Part shown: positions 60,584-64,000 of the stretch, piece after piece
How the letters are laid out: the number at the start of each line of letters is the position of its first letter
How positions within the stretch are numbered: the stretch's first letter is position 1
Source of the DNA: Scyliorhinus canicula
Lineage: Eukaryota
Length of the DNA stretch: 64,000 bases
Assembly (NCBI RefSeq): GCF_902713615.1
Contig: NC_052147.1
Coordinates: forward strand, 19,394,276-19,458,275
Direction: 5' to 3'
Position numbers and translations under genes: made by a program
Notes under the pieces: generated by a model
What the model was told of the DNA's origin: nothing
The model's database searches: none
The model's input: only the letters and a program-made list of their open reading frames with translations

Positions 60584-60884
60584 CTGAGGTCGCTGCACCT
60601 ATTGCCAGAAGTATGATGGAGTAGGACTCCCGTTCAGCTGCAGCTGTAGGTACAGATCGTTCAGTGATGGGGTCATTAGCATGTTCTGGGTTGCTGCACA
60701 GTAAGGGGCCCATTGCAGTGGGAGGAGAGTTGCATAAATGGTGTTATGCTACTCTGAGCACAGAGAGAACATCTGTGCAGGGCCCAATGAAACATGGGTG
60801 CTTTCGTTTCTTAACTTCTGCTTCCCAAAAGCCATGGAGTGCTTTATCTCAGATAGACAATTTTTCCCTGGATCAATGATCTTT

Positions 60885-61111
60885 TTTTAAAATATAAATT
60901 TAGAGTACCCAATTCATTTTTTCCAATTAAGGGGCAATTTAGCGTGGCCAATCCGCCTACCTTGCACATCTTTGGGTTGTGGGGGTGAAACCCATGCAAA
61001 CACGGGGAGAATGTGCAAACTCCACACGGACAGTGACCCAGAGCCGGGATCAAACCTGGAACCTCGGCGTCGTGAGGCAGCAGTGCTAACCACTGCACCA
61101 CTGAGCTGCCC
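60885..61111 (-). mobile_element. Short poly(A)-tailed SINE
   Basis: 14-bp TSD GATCAATGATCTTT (60871-60884/61114-61127). Confidence 0.9.
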
Positions 61112-62510
61112 TAGATCAATGATCTTTAGGAAGCCTGGGTTCTCCTGGGTTTAGGAAGCCTGGGCGCTCAGTAACTTTCAGCTAGTTCTACTGAAGCAGC
61201 CTTGAAAAGGTAAATGGTGAAACGTTTGGTGCAGCCTGCCATTGCCCTAGTTAACCTCCACCCTCCTTGGTTCAGAGGGGATGGTGGAGGAGGGGGGGGT
61301 AGCTCTGCCCGTGGCTGTCACCAACTACAGGTGGCTGAGCAGTAAACAAAAGGTGGAATCCTGTCAGATCCACGGTCCATTCCATATCCCAGTTGCTGTC
61401 AGGCTCAACTCATGCTCTGCCTGGACCAGATCAAAATTTCAGCTGTGGGCTTTTAAAGCTTTGGGAAGGCGGGAACTCTATTCCACCAACCTCCGGGTCA
61501 AATTTTATACCTTAAATTCTACACACCACTAACACCATATATCCATCTCTGCTGGATTGCCTGGCTCTGTCCTTATCCAACTCTTAGCCGCCTTAGGTGC
61601 CTCAAGGCTCAATTAATCCAGTGCCAACCTCGAAGGCTCGCACAGTTAACCTTGTATAGATTATAATTTCATCCTAAACTCCACTATCCTACACTGTCCA
61701 CCTATTCCCCGAGGCTTTGTTCAGAAGTCTTTCCATAGCAGAAGCTCTCCGTACCTCTGCAAACCGCTCCGTTATTATGGCTAGGAATTTCCCCAGAGGC
61801 ATCCCCAACCACAGCCCTACCTTCACATGGCGAAAGCAAGGATTCCCACACCCTTCCAGCCGTATTATAGAAGTGGGCGGAAACGACTCTGATGAAATCC
61901 TCCAATGAGGCACAGCCTGCCCTCCACTCTGGCTTTTCACTCATATATCCGTGGCCTCCCCTTTTTTCACTGAGTTTTCTAACATCCAAAAGTCTTCACC
62001 CAGATTGGTCTCACACATTGGAACTCCCTCCCAAAACTCATCCTCGTTACCACCTTCAATAATCTAAAATCCACCTCTTCAACTATGTCGTTGGTTAACT
62101 ATCAGAACTCTTCTTCCAGGACTGTTGCAGATTTATTTCACCCCTCTAAGTTAGTGTGAGATATTTCACTGTGAAAAAAGGTCCCATAACTTGCTGTCAA
62201 CACCAACAACGACTGGGTGATGCCTGCATTACAGTTTTCATATTCACTGGCCCCACAAAACGTTTCAGTTTAAGTATTGTTTACTTCAACAAAATTTTAA
62301 AGGGCAGTCCCAGTGCAGGCGGTATATTAACTCTGATAGCTTTTAATGGTGGCACAAAGGCAATTCAGGGTAAGTATCTGCTTTTCAATTCTCAGAGTGC
62401 AGAGCACAAGATGCTGTCAACACCTATAACAACAAGAGCATACATTTATATAGTGCCTTTGACATCCAAAGAGGTTGCGTGGATGTGATTATCAAACAGA
62501 ACTTGGAATA

Positions 62511-63195
62511 TTGGATTGGATTGGATTTGTTTATTGTCACGTGTACCGAGGTACAGTGAAAAGTATTTTTCTGCGAGCTGCTCAACCGATCATTAAGTAC
62601 ATGGGAAGAAAAAGGAATAAAAGAAAATGCATAATAGGGCAACACAAGATATACAATGTAACTACATAAGCACCGGCATCGGATGAAGCATACAGGGTGT
62701 AGTGTTAATGAGGTCAGTCCATAAGAGGGTCATTTAGGAGTCTGGTGACTGTGGGGAAGAAGCTGTTTTTGAGTCTGTTCGTGCGTGTTCTCAGACTTCT
62801 GTATCTCCTGCCTGATGAAAGAAGTTGGAAGAGTGAGTAAGCCGGGTGGGAGGGATCTTTGATTATGCTGCCCGTCTTCCCCAGGCAGCGGGAGGTGTAA
62901 ATGGAGTCAATGGATGGGAGGCAGGTTCGTGTGATGGACTGGGCGGTGTTCACAACTCTCTGAAGTTTCTTGCGGTCCTGGGCCGAGTAGTTGCCATACC
63001 AGGCTGTGATGCAGCCCGATAGGATGCTTTCTATAGTGCATCTGTAAAAGTTGGTAAGGGTTAATGTGGACATGCCGAATTTCCTGAAGAAGTATAGGCA
63101 CTGTTGTGCTTTCTTGGTGGTAGCGTTGACATGGGTGGACCAGGACAGATTTTTGGAGATCTGCACCCCTAGGAATTTGAAACTGCTAACCATCT
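62511..63195 (-). mobile_element. Rex1/Babar-type LINE 3' fragment
   Basis: FKFLGVQISKNLSW...FYRCTIESILSGCITAWYG...RTNRLKNSFFP; (CAAAT/CCAAT)n tail. Confidence 0.88.
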
Positions 63196-64000
63196 CCTTT
63201 ACCCATTATATGAACTGCCCAATATGCTAGAGTGAAGGATCTTAATTAATTTCAGCTCTGCATTGCTTCCCTTAACTAACATGCTGATCTCTGATTTAAC
63301 AAAACAAGAATCATTACTTATACACATTTTGCTTTAACTTGTGCCCTTCTTAAGTACATTTACATCCCATTGACATCCCAAACGTAGAAGCAAAGAGAGT
63401 CTTGGAGCTGTGTGCTTAGTCACTGCCCCTGGGAAAAGGGAGGTTTAACCCCCAATTAAGTGGGTGAACTAAGCTGGTGATAAATTGCTGATATAAATGG
63501 CTGAGTTATTATCGAGGCTGCATCTCCAGTACAAATAGTACTGATTGCATCTCTCCGGGGAGAAAGTCCTCCATTGAATTATTTGCCGCTATCTGCACAG
63601 CACCAAATGTTTCCACAAAAATATTATGCAGTCCAAGTGGAAAGATTCCATTGCAATGATTGCATTTTTATAATATATATTTTATGATTATATTCCAGCA
63701 GCTCTGGTCATTTCTGGTTCAGCCATTGGGCAGTAATAACCCACTCCTGTTCAAGATCTCACATCACAGTTCCCAGGTTGTTCTTTACCTGATATTGCAA
63801 TTAAGGGTAGAATTTATTATAACCATCAGTAGATTGCTGTAAACCAAAGTACGCTCACTAACTGTAGCAACTTTAAAGCAGTTCTCAGCTAAATGGAGGT
63901 CATGCCCCCATTTAACCATGTTCAGGACATTAACATTTCATTCCTTTGTCTTGTTCATTTCTGTACATTTTTAAGTCCTGTTCTTTTGCGAAAAACTCAT

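Noticed and set aside
60600-62000. Continuation of pol or env after the protease
   Set aside because: No RT, RNase H, integrase or env motifs and no 3' LTR are recognisable; the element appears truncated near 60583

Overview
Vertebrate genomic DNA, very likely a shark/catshark-type elasmobranch (HE1-type V-SINEs, DeuSINE/SacSINE1-like copies, CR1, L1, Rex/Babar, RTE and Penelope fragments). The only host protein-coding gene I can support is fibulin-5 (FBLN5) on the minus strand: seven coding exons (equivalent to human exons 5-11; five cbEGF exons plus two C-terminal fibulin-module exons) from 55660 down to the stop at 22519, all with GT-AG boundaries and compatible phases. The upstream exons were not found and probably lie beyond the right edge. 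Most of the rest is mobile DNA. This includes a complete but decayed Gypsy/Mag-like LTR element (10452-14753; 296-bp LTRs, 5-bp TSD, no tRNA PBS but a PBS-position sequence complementary to its own LTR) and a 5' fragment of a retrovirus-like element (57232-~60583; ~1-kb LTR, long coiled-coil Gag, UGA-CGG gag/pro junction, lokiretrovirus-like). There is also an L1 nested in an L1, a Penelope-derived inverted repeat carrying an intact minimal hammerhead ribozyme on the FBLN5 sense strand, many SINEs and GC-rich MITEs, and a 29-bp minisatellite. All calls were made by eye, without database searches.
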